From the NCBI GenBank assembly GCA_035084275.1, contig CM068759.1, forward strand, positions 4,402,001 through 4,466,000: 64,000 nt of DNA, given 5' to 3'. Position 1 is the stretch's first letter, and each line of letters starts with the position of its first letter. Shown in pieces: positions 38,251 through 49,279 of this stretch. A program made the position numbers and the translations under genes. Under the pieces are notes generated by a model. It ran no database searches. It worked only from the letters and a program-made list of their open reading frames with translations, and was not told where the DNA came from. The stretch is from Hydrolagus colliei (Eukaryota).

Positions 38251-39081
38251 CATCATCCAGATACGCCTGGTCCAGGTTCTGAGGTTCCTGCTTCACGGTG
38301 ACCTCAGCAGATATGGCTTCCTTTTCCGACTCCTGTTGAGCCAGCGTCAGTGACGCTAGCTGGCTCGGTGAGGGCCCGTTTTTGGATGTCTTCGGCACGC
38401 CGTGGGACGCGTGCTGTTGCTGGATCACAGCTGGATAGTGAGTCGGGCTACTCCGCTGCATGTGATGCACTGCTTGTGGTGTCGCGGCCTGCACTGTGGG
38501 CACGTGGACATCGTTCTCTAAATACACTTGGTGCTGGTAATCCTGGTGGCCGCAGTACCTGAGCTGTTGGCTATTTGGCGAATGGTGAATCAGCGGCAAC
38601 AGCTGCTGGCTGTTTGGGGGGTGCTGGATCATAGATGACTGGTGATGGTTTGGGGAATTGTGAAGCATGGAAGAAGATTGTGGATTGTTTGAAGAATGGT
38701 GAATCATAATGGAGGACTGATTGACTGGCGAGTGGTGCAGCATGGCTGGTTGCCCAGGTGAACCCGGATGCACTAGGACTGACCTGTGACCATCTTGGTT
38801 TGTGGGAATCGTAGATACCATGATTGGAGATGATTGGTAGCCTAGTTGATTGGGGCTGCTGCCTTTGCACCTTGGATATGGTGGATTATGTTGCTGGTAT
38901 CTGGAATCGGGTGGAGAGACTCCAGGACGACAGGGAGCCCCATAGCTTGAATTTGGGTCGCCGATCATTATAGGGTTCATGCTCTGTGATGCATAATAAA
39001 ACTGTGGTATTGCTTCTCTACGTACACTGTGGATTAAGGTGGCGTCGCACTCATCAGACGGCTCTGTTTTAATGATGGGCA
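38251..39081 (-). CDS. NFATC2: NFATC2 large coding exon (equivalent to human exon 9), C-terminal transactivation region
   Basis: 831 nt, phase 1-1; acceptor gtttcAG|TG, donor GATG|GTAAG. Runs VPIIKTEPSDE...VTVKQEPQNLDQAYLDD; rich in P/Q/S/H; contains both psiKxE motifs. Confidence 0.95.
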
Positions 39082-39279
39082 CTGAAACATACGAGAGAAC
39101 AAGTTTTATGGAGTCTCGGTCTAAATCAAGGCCTTTACCATTTCCAACACATTAGATGTCACAATACAAGCTTTACAACACTGGGGACTTGGGGAGCCCA
39201 CACTCCTCATTCAACCATTGTCTATGGTTGCATTTACATAGCGCCCTTCACGCAGGGTATTGCCTAGAGAGCTTTTTAA

Positions 39280-39540
39280 TTAGATCACGGCTGATCTGTA
39301 TGTCCACTAAACCTTTCAATTCCAATGTCCCGGTTTTTCCCCGTATCCCTTAATACCCTGACCTACCAAAAATGTATCAACCACACTCTTGAAGGTGTGG
39401 ATAGATCCAGCATCCACAACCTTTTGAGGGAGAGAGTTCCAGATTTCTACCTTTGAGTGAAAAAATGCTTCCTGATTTCACTCTTAAATGTCCTGGTTCT
39501 AATTTTAAGACTATGTTCCCTTGTTTTGGAATCCCCAGTT
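39280..39540 (-). mobile_element. CR1 LINE 3' fragment
   Basis: atccacaaccttttgagggagagagttccagatt (IWNSLPQKVVD on minus) and tagatcacggctgatctg terminus. Confidence 0.8.
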
Positions 39541-40047
39541 ACCTGTTTCAGTTGGACGTTAAGGATTCCACAAAGTTACACAAAAAGGGAAGAGTTTATT
39601 TTTGTATTCCCAAGCAGTCATTCAGATTAATTTGGCTTTCGCCTCATACAGCAGTTTATGAATCTTTGCCGGTGCAAATGGCTGCAAAGTTTGCATACCA
39701 AAGCAATGCCATGGTTCTCAACCGTAACTTGTAAAGCTCTTTGAAGGCATTTTGATGTAATAAGCCTTTAAAAAAATACGAGTTCTAATTCTTTCTAGTC
39801 CATTATGGCAGCAAAACGCTTCTACAGGAAGAAGAAAGGGGCTTCACAAGAGATTCCGTTTTTTTTTAAAGTGTCCTTCTATGTTAAGAATGAAATTAAG
39901 TGAAGTCTATATGAACAGCTGAATAGAATGCCATTGCTATTCAAAAATTTATTTCTCTGGTAAAGATATTTGCTGATCATATTTTAGCACTTTAACACAT
40001 GTTTCACCAGGAATGCGCATACACTGAGATGTCGTCATGGAATTTAC

Positions 40048-40177
40048 CTGCTGGAAGGTATGTAAACCGCTGTGGTTGGCTTTTTTTTCTTTTTCCATTA
40101 ACGACACAGAAACTCACTTTGGCTGGGGTGCGGATCAGCTGGTTCTGATAACGTGGAATTTCAACAAAAAGAATATT
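40048..40177 (-). CDS. NFATC2: NFATC2 coding exon (equivalent to human exon 8), end of IPT domain with C-terminal NLS
   Basis: 130 nt; acceptor tctttAG|AAT, donor GCAG|GTAAAT. Translates NILFVEIPRYQNQLIRTPAKVSFCVVNGKRKKSQPQRFTYLPA; KRKK is the basic NLS. Confidence 0.95.
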
Positions 40178-41135
40178 CTAAAGAGACACAAAAATAGGCC
40201 AGGGATGAAACAAAATGAACGTAGTTCTCTGTCAATATGTTTCATCATTCTTTTCAAAATTCTTCAAAATGATGAAGAAGAATAAAGTCCACTTCATGTT
40301 GAGATGACATGAATGGTGCATTGCTTCAATACAGGACAAAATTTTGTTGGGAGCATTCACAATGGAAAGTTCAAAAGTGGTTCAGTTGAGATGTTTCTGT
40401 CGTGGGTACTGTTACGTTTGAGGCGTAATCGTTGGAAACACTGTCATTAAATTTTCTGCCAACACTCATTGTCAAAGCTCAATTTCCTATAGTCCTCATT
40501 CAACTTGCTGGTATAAGATCCATTGTAATTGTCAAATTTGCATTTTATGTTGGAAGGATCATAGGTGCCTTTAATTTTGTAATTAACAACCAAATAAAGA
40601 GTTACACAACACCTGTAATGGTTTTCACTGGTTATTGCACAAATAAAGACAAATAGAATTCCCTCTGTCCACATGGTGCACGATATACCTTTGGTTTACA
40701 TGGCGATTAATAGTGTCACCAATCTGCCTATATATAACTGATCGCAACATATAACCTCTTAAGAGTAACAAGAAAGAAAAGTCCATTTATAATGTGTCCA
40801 GGCTTCTATACTTCTGATGTATAAAATACGATTTACATCTCTATATACATTTCTTAGCTAGATATTACTCTTCTATTCCCGATTAGCACTTTAATATATG
40901 TTATGTGTAGTTGAACAGAAGAATTAGTATGTAATATCTGCCAAGTTTTCATCAGTCTCTCTTAGATTTGTAGAACTTCGAAGACCCTAATAAAGTGATA
41001 TTTGTTGTAACGTAACTAGACAATCTTTAATATTTAAAAATAATTATGGAAAGCCCTCTCCTTATTAAGCTCTAATCACCTGTTCATTGCAGGTCTGAAA
41101 GATAAGACTGGAGCTCTTTTGAACTGAATACTTAC

Positions 41136-41191
41136 AGGCTGGCTTTTATCTTTATCCACTGTTGCTTCTACCTCCCACATCTGTTGTCCAT
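41136..41191 (-). CDS. NFATC2: NFATC2 coding exon (equivalent to human exon 7)
   Basis: 56 nt; acceptor ctttcAG|AT, donor CCT|GTAAG. Translates DGQQMWEVEATVDKDKSQP. Confidence 0.96.
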
Positions 41192-41939
41192 CTGAAAGAG
41201 ACGTTTGAGCACAATTAAGACCTGATAAACACCAGGAATCAAATGGAGAAGTTTATTGCTGTTGGATTTCATTTTCAAAATGTACAGGGTTGGCTGTGGA
41301 CAGACTATGAAGAGAGACTGGGCAGGATTTTGCAGCAATGGTGCAAAGTCTGGAGGAATTTTACATGGTGCCAATAAACAGTTCTGTTTCTCATCCAACA
41401 CAACTCAGAGTAAAAACTAGCCAGTAAAATTTCATCTTAACATGGCCCGCACCACTCAAATATCAGAAGGTGTGCCAGAGAGTAATGGCTGCAGAAAGCA
41501 CCTGGTGTGTAAAGGAACTATTTCACATTAAATTAATGAAATTAGAAGGTGTCAAAAATGTTACCTTTTAAAAACAAATCTCCTTTTATCTTTTACATTC
41601 TTGTTCTCACACCACTAACTTGATGGTCTAATTTACATCACTGGTAGAGAGAGAGAGTCTGTGCCAGCAGAGTGGTAATTAACACAGCTGTCTGGACTGC
41701 TTGAAGATTCAACCCATCTCAAGTCTAGCCAACACACGTATGGAAGTAGTTACTGAGACGGTGCCATATGCAAGCATTTTAAAAAAATTAACACAAGGGA
41801 CAAATATACGTGCACAAAGCCATTTGGCGAAAGCGACCAACGTACTATAAGTTAGTACAATTGACGAATCTTTTAATCAGACTCTTTCATTCCAAACACC
41901 AGTGAATTTGAACTTTGTCCACTATCATTATGGCTGACA

Positions 41940-42082
41940 ACAATAATACATGCATTTGATATCAGGCCTTATCAGGTGAAACATCTTAAAGCATTTCACA
42001 GAATACATTGTAAAATAGATTGTCTGTGTATTTTTAGGGCAAAACATGAGAGCCAATTGCAAAGTGTGGATTGAATGACCAA
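41940..42082 (-). mobile_element. SINE 3' half
   Basis: aataatacatgcatttgatat..cacagaatacattgtaaa..agccaattgc..gtggattgaatgacca. Confidence 0.8.
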
Positions 42083-42091
42083 AGTTGCAAC

Positions 42092-42138
42092 TGAAATCAA
42101 ATAACAGTTACAATTCCAGTAACTGTTATTTGATTTCA
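42092..42138. repeat. Perfect 20-bp inverted repeat with 7-nt loop
   Basis: tgaaatcaaataacagttac-aattcca-gtaactgttatttgatttca. Confidence 0.95.
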
Positions 42139-42512
42139 CAAAATACCTTTTTTATTACTGTACCTGAAACAGAGATTTCAGACGCTTTGAAGTTTCAGTG
42201 CTAATCCACAGACAGGTACCGTTACATTGCTTTGAAGCAAGAAAGCGATACTGTGTTTCAATCTCCCAACACAAAAAGTCCCACACAATGACTCATTACC
42301 ACTTGTTCACCACATGCTTCATATTTTAAGAAATTAATAATGGCTTCAATTTGGTAATTCTGGAAACATTTCATATTTGAATATTTTCAATTGTAGAGGT
42401 TCCCACTCAATGAATATCACATTGGAATTGTTTTGCATTCTGAGAGATACAATCAGTCTCACTCTAATCCTGTGAAATAAATCAAATTTTGTTAAGATAA
42501 GTCTGCATATTA

Positions 42513-42628
42513 CATTTCGCCCACAAAATATTCAATCAATTCTCTTTAAAGTATATTCTGTGAAGCACTTTGAGACATCTCGAAAATGTGATAATTCCTG
42601 AAATCAAATGCAAGGATTATTATTATTT
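42513..42628 (+). mobile_element. SINE 3' tail fragment
   Basis: tttcgcccacaaaata..ctgtgaagcactttgagacatct..aaatgcaaggattattattatt. Confidence 0.85.
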
Positions 42629-42668
42629 TATGGTTCTCTGAGATCTATACTACAATAATATACTACAT

Positions 42669-42734
42669 AACAAATAATAACAAAATTATACTCGTATAGC
42701 GCCTTTCACGTCAGGAGGACATCCCAAGGCGCTG
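42669..42734 (-). mobile_element. L2 3' terminus only
   Basis: aacaaaattatactcgtatagcgcctttcacgtcaggaggacatcccaaggcgctg. Confidence 0.85.
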
Positions 42735-42962
42735 GACATTCTTTGTTTCAAACGTAAGCTGGGGACAGGGAGGGTGGAGGGAAAGGTGGAGTATTTGGAG
42801 TGACCGATGGGAGTGTAAGGTAGTAGTTATGGTAGTTAATAGTTAATTTTTCCAAATACTCTGTTTTTTTATTTAAATAATGTATATTAATATAGTGGGT
42901 GTATCTGATTAACTAACCTTAATAGATGCCAACAGAATTATTAATAATAATTAACTTGGATT

Positions 42963-43372
42963 TAATAATAGTTCTTGCATTTGGTATCATACTTTATCAC
43001 ATGATCAAAACAGCTGTAAAATTTGTATTTTGTAAAAGAACCCCAATTTGCACTCAGAAATACCCCACAAGCAGCAATGAAGAAAATGTTAAATTGTCAT
43101 CTGTTATCCTGTTGGTTAGAATAACACTGGCTGAAACTTCCTTCTCTTGCCAAATAGTGCCATGGGATCTTTAAGGTCCACCTGAACTGGCAGACAGGGA
43201 ATTTGTTTAATGTCTCAACCAAAAGAAAGCACCTCTGACGATACAGCATTTCCCCACCACTTGTATTGAAGTTTCAGATTCGACGAAGGGCTGAAAGTCC
43301 CAACTTGAGACTTGAACCAACAATCTTCTGACTCAAAGCCAAAAGTGCTACAGACTAAGCCACACTGACACC
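42963..43372 (-). mobile_element. Deu-domain SINE, near full length, old
   Basis: Contains aaatagtgccatgggatcttta..tccacctga..ggcagacaggg (Deu core), a tRNA-like head (GGTTCAAGTC B box) and an (ATT) tail. Confidence 0.8.
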
Positions 43373-44593
43373 TATGGTTCATCACTTACCCTAAAGAGGT
43401 TAAGTACAAATATCATCCGGTTTACTGTTTTGTTTCCTCGTTGGCTAAATTATTTATGAATGGTTCTATTCAGTATGAAAAGATATTGCACACACCACTT
43501 TCATTCAAAAATATGCATTACTGAAATTATCAACTTAACGATTAACGTGAGAAGCATCAAACAGCAACAATTGTTTTCCACCATGAGAAAAACTGGAAGA
43601 TCAAGGCGGTTTAAAGTTCTTCCACAGAGAGTGGGCCTTTGAAACTTGAGTGTTAGCAGCGATTTAATGTGCTTTCTGCATCAAATCAATGTCACAATGG
43701 TAATAAAACTCAAATTTTAGGATCCCTACTCCTGAAACTATTTGCCAGAGGTGATATCAGAATCAAATCAATGCAGTCTCATTTTTTACTGCAGCTGATT
43801 CCAAAGAGATATCCAAGAGTTAAAAAAATGCAATGTTTAAAAGTTTACAAGTTGAGAAAGGATCCGTTGGATGGCCTTTAAAGTTCTTAATGTTTCTAAT
43901 GAGTTGCTCTTATTCTACACTGGTTAATAACACCCAAAAGAAAAGATGGATTAGCGATAATCAATGATACTTTGTGGCACAACACTCCTCAACCCAATGC
44001 AAGATCCACGCAGACAGAGCAGGAAATATATATCCAGTTTCAGACTCTGAATAGATTGCCAGCTGAAATGCCCTTGTTTATCACTGAGTGAATTAGATAG
44101 TTGCAGTAGCCGACACTGCAAGTTCTAACAGGTTAGAACTCTGTACTTTTAAGCATATCCCCAGTTCTGAGTTAAACCATGCAGCCTACCATTTTTAGAA
44201 GATGCTGGCTCTGATCCAACCATAACAAAGGCTCCACTAAATTGAAAGCCAGCAGTAACCTAGGGATTCCCTTCAGATTGAGTCACTGAGTTGGAGGTCT
44301 GATGGGCCTGCAATTCACAAGTGCTGATGAGGCACCCTATAAGGTTAATTTTCAGTGCCTACTACATACATCGCTCCTTCCAAAAATACATTGGAGTACA
44401 ATAGTTAGATTCCCTATTGATTTGCTGGATGGGTCTCAAAACGGACATTTTTTTCCACCAGGAATCCATACTAAAATCTCAATGTGTGTTGTCCAGCACT
44501 TCATTTAAAGCATTCCTGAAGTCAACTAGAGTGACGTGATTTTGATGCTTCACTCGTCTATCATGTAAAAGCTCTAAGACATCAAGCCCTCAG

Positions 44594-44792
44594 TCGAGAT
44601 TTACTATAACATTTCATAGTGTCCAGAATTTGGCAATTTAAAAAGAATTCAGTTTTTAAACTTTGAAGCCAGTTTTCTGTAGTTCTTAAAAAAAACTGGC
44701 AGAAAACTGGGGCTTCAAAATTAAAGACTGCATTGAAGAATTTGACAAATTCTGGGCACTCTAAAATGCTACATTATTCGAGTAAATCACGA
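44594..44792. repeat. ~200-bp imperfect palindrome (MITE-like)
   Basis: Arms agtgtccagaatttg / caaattctgggcact, tttgaagcc / ggcttcaaa, cagttttctg / cagaaaactg and gatttact / agtaaatc are nested symmetrically. Confidence 0.8.
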
Positions 44793-44975
44793 TCCAGTTG
44801 GAAATTCTACCCAAAAGATTATGGATATGTAAACTGCCATTTAATATGAAATATTGGTTGCCAGACTTTTAGTTTTCATCCACTTACTGATTTGCAAGTC
44901 ACTTGTTGAAAGTGGGTATTTGTAACTTACACTCAACTTTGTCTCTAGCTGCCTTATGTTAGTTCTACAGGCATT

Positions 44976-45281
44976 GTGGAGTCCTGTAGGTCGGTGTCAG
45001 AGCACTCGCCTAGCAAGCTAGAGATTTGGGTTCAATTCGAGGCAGGGTAAAATGTTGCACAAGATTCCTTATGCCACACGCCTCTGTTTACCTAGCAAGT
45101 AAGTGGGAACCTGGTTGTTAGTCAATTAGGCGGATTGCTTTTCTGGGGTAATAATTCATTCAAAAAATTAATAACTTCAATCCACGACTGTTTGTGGGAC
45201 ATTGCTGTGCACGATTGGATGCCCACAAAATATATAGTCAATTCACTTTACATTATATTCCGGGAAATGCTTTGAGACGTC
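44976..45281 (+). mobile_element. tRNA-derived SINE, long variant, tail lost
   Basis: GTGGAGTCCTGTAG head; internal gcctctgtttacctagcaagtaagtgggaacctggttgttagtc block; ccacgactgtttgtgggaca core. Confidence 0.85.
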
Positions 45282-46423
45282 ACATTGGCTGAATTATTAC
45301 GATCACCTGTCTGACTATCTTTCTGTTCCAGTTTTAAATTTTAAATTCTTATGCGATAGTGGCAAAAGTTTACCTTTGTCGAAAAATATTCATTTTTTCT
45401 TAAGTTTGAGATGAAAAGAATCCCCCTTTACACACATGTACCACCTCCTCCCCCACTCCTAAATGCTCTCCTGGGGACTTAGTTTGGAGCCATTATGTTT
45501 CTGGATGTTGAATATATTCAACTGTGTAATACAGTAGCCAGAGGATGAAACCATGCTAGTTTCAGACTTTGAAGACCACAAAATAAAATTAAATTAAAGT
45601 TACAAGCAAAACAAGGGCAGGAATGGGTAAAATTCTAACAGGGCGCATATGGAGGGAACATCTTGAACACAGATTTCAAGACTGAGAAAGTAATATCACA
45701 TTAACAACCAAAGAAGCTTCAGCAACTCCTAATCGGGTCATCTCATTCCCAGCCTCAAAATCCCTAATCAGCAACTGCCTCTAACTCTATTCGAACTTAG
45801 TTTCATAAAGCAAATTCAACTTTTGAGACAAAATATTCTGTGGCACTTACTTTCTTCCACGTTCTGGATGCAATATTTAAATTTCCAAATGATATGCTAA
45901 CTTCACTAACCTTCAAAGTGAGCCTTATTGATTTAAAAAAAAAGTGAATTTGTATGCAGTTTTTACTACATTTTCCAGTTAACAGAAACATTGTTTCTGA
46001 TGACTGCTTATGCAGCACTGGCCACAGTAAACATTTCCAAAGCTATGTTATGTAATAGTTTGCTCAATAACTTCTCAATTTCACTGCAGAATCGAGACTT
46101 CAAAGATATACCAGTCCAGATCTTTTACAAAATGATTGGGAGAAAGTCTACATTACTCTATATAGCATCTTAGAGCATCCAGACTTAAATACAGCCTTAA
46201 TTTTCAAGCTGGTTTACTGCAAATTCTTTAAAGAAACTGCAGAAAATTGCTCTTCAGAGATCAGTTCAAATTTCAAATGATAAATTCTGACATGCTCTGA
46301 AATGCTATATGGCGTAAATCTAGATTCAAGTGGGATTTTTCCCCATGAGTGTTTTATGCGGATTCAGTCAGGGAGCCCTACTATTAAGCTACCAACTTCA
46401 TTCGAAAGTCCTATTTTGGGGGA

Positions 46424-46770
46424 AGGTAGCATCCCAGATGACTTAGTGAGTGAAACCAATGGTGCTGAAATGCATCACAAAGGCTCCAGGTTCAATCCCT
46501 GGTCTGTGCTGAGTTAGCTTAGTATGAACACTGCAATTAGTCTCAGTACTCTGTGTTAGGAAGGAGGAAAATTAATTGGGGTTCCTGCTTTTGATCACTA
46601 TTAGTTATATAGACACAGGGTGCAGTTTGACTTGGCTGTTGTGTACCCTTGGTTGAATAGCCTGCTGATATTCATTGTCTAGGCTTCTTGAGCCAGTCAC
46701 CAGATGGCTTGAGGCATTCAGTGGAGCCATATCTCAGTATGAAACAACATCTTAAGAAGGGGAGGAAATT
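46424..46770 (+). mobile_element. Ancient tRNA-derived SINE (AmnSINE2-like), near full length
   Basis: ccaggttcaatccctggtctgtgctgagttagct, ggttcctgcttttgatcactat and ggttgaatagcctgctga..cattgtctaggct; related pieces at 1340-1520, 20131 and 32700-32867. Confidence 0.65.
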
Positions 46771-47821
46771 AGAAAAATTTAGACAAACAAAAGCCCTCAT
46801 TAATATTGTAACATAATAAAATGCCCAGCAGCAGTTATAGAATAATTGAGACAGTGAACGTTAAAGAAATTTTGTTTTATAGTATCAAGAAGATAACCTG
46901 TCAGATCTTATTTTTAGAAGAACAACAGTCATGTATTAGGAGAATAAAATAGATTTCTCCACTTACATTGAAGACAGGCCCAACTAATAGTCTACAGACA
47001 TCCAATATTCAGTTAAAAATTATAGTAGTTTTAATTTCATAATACAAAAAAACTGAACATTATATTCAACAGAGGGTTTTTGTTTTTTTAAAAAATGAGG
47101 CATATATTGCCCAAAGAGTTTGTCTTTGTTATTGAGAATTTAAAAAAATCTGTTTCTAATACCAATAAAATATTGGTATTTCTTAGAGCTTTAATCAAAG
47201 CAGCTACATAAAGACGATCAGTGGGAATCATAAAATTAATTACATAAAGATTTCATTACTTGCTGCGGAATAGGGAATACCAGAAAACTGTGCCAATTTT
47301 TAACACGGCTGATTTGCACCTTTCCATTTATGCAGAAGATCAGAGTTCTACATCACTTTGTTTTTTGAAAAAAAAACTTCATAAAAATACAAGAAGCCAA
47401 ACTTCTTCAAAGGTAAACTATAAACCAGAGACCCACTGCCATCCCAGCCCCATACTAAGACAACAGGCAGTGAAAAATTGCCAGAAGTGGTTGCCCACAT
47501 TAATTAAACTTTAAAAGCTATAAAGTTCCAGATTGTTTCTGTTAGCGGGGAAACCATCCAAAAATCTTTTCACAACTTCATTTTTCACAGATTGTATTTT
47601 GCTTTTGATTTCCAATTTAACTCTTTGATGGACCCAGAACGATCACAGAGAATCTAGATTTATGCAAAATGCCTCCAGGTCGTCAATCTTACACTGTTGA
47701 TGCACCCGTAACAAAAACGTTATAAGTTGACAAAAAGCTGCTTCGAGAAGTGAGAGAGCTCTAGCAACACATTAAACCTACCGTATTCAATAAATCTAGA
47801 AATAACCATTGCTAGGGAATA

Positions 47822-47930
47822 GAATAATCATCTTTGCGTTTGATAAAGCATCTTATCACTTCTGACGAGATGTCTCAAAGCGCTTCACAGGATATATCGC
47901 AAAGTGGTTTGGACTGTATTTTGTAGGGGA
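47822..47930 (-). mobile_element. SINE 3' tail fragment
   Basis: aataatcatctttgcgtttgata..gatgtctcaaagcgcttcacagga. Confidence 0.75.
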
Positions 47931-49279
47931 AAAGCCCACACAAAAAAAAACAGCGAAAAGGAGAAAGTACTAAACAGATGGTTTTACAGGAAAATCGGCT
48001 TTTATTAAGGAAGCCTCTGAGAGCCAGAGGGGGAGAAGAGCCGAGCAGTAATCTATTAGACTTTAACAGGGTGCACGGTCATATGGAAGCAATCAACTGA
48101 GCAAAGCTTTCCCAGAATAATCTAGATAAATGGAATTTGTTCAGAGAAAGCTTCTATTATGATAGTGAATGATATGCTGCCAACCGCAATTAATCAGAAA
48201 AGGTAGAAGATCCAAGTGGAAGATGCTGGGCACGTATGCTGGTAACCAAGATGATATGGCATGGAAAAATGGATGGATTCATTATCTTTCCCAACGTACT
48301 GCTACATTACAGTGCATTCGAAAAGGAAACAAAAATATCTACAGATTTGGGCTGCCTTGGGAGATTGTAGAGAGTAAAGTCATTAGCGTGAGGATGCTGC
48401 ATCTGTTGGGAAGAGCGGAGGAGTTGAGTCTGAATGGAATTGGAATAGAAACTGCAATTTCCTTATTATTTCGATCCCAATACCATCTATTTGTGGCTCC
48501 AGTTCAAGCACAGAGTCCAATTGATAGGAGTGAACCAGCAGTGTGTGTGATTTATATTTTTCTAAATGTGAACGAACCACAGTGAAACATTGATCCACAT
48601 TTCAGCTGCACATACACCTGACAGAAATTAAGGATTGAAAGCAAATGATAAAGGCTAAGTGCAACTTGTCTCCTACTCTTTAACAGTTCTTTTCTAGCCA
48701 GCCTGGCTCATGAGCAGTACTTGGAAAGGCAGGTACTCTTCCCACTCAGCAGCAAAATACTGTTGGTCATTCCATAATCCAGAGCTCATTGGCATGCTTG
48801 CGTGACCATGTAAGCAATGTGCAGTGGAAAAACGTAGTACAATGAATCACTGATAACAATCTTTCACAGTAAAAGCTGAACAATTATCTGGTATGTGTTG
48901 CAGGAAGCTTGGTAATTATTAGTTATGATGTCAACAGAAGATTATCCTTTGTGGAACGGGATATTTCTGATCAACTTTTTCCAATCTCCCCAAGTATGAA
49001 TATGAAGTATGAATGAATAATTACAAGTGTATGAAAACTTTTAACATGCATTTCAACCAATAAGAACGGTTTATATATATATATATACATATAGATATGT
49101 ATAGATAATGCTTGCATGGAATTGTGCGGCAATATAATTTCAGTTCTGGAGAATGATAGATTAATGGATACATTTGTTTTTAACTTTACACATACGTTGA
49201 AGTTTGCACTCAACAAAGTGAAGCCTTTAGTTGGGGAATGCCATAGGTCTTCCACTTTCGCAGCTCAGCATCAAGTGAT

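Noticed and set aside
38778-38783. Internal donor AG|GTCAGT within the large exon
   Set aside because: Phase 2, so joining to the last exon gives an immediate stop; no supporting evidence.
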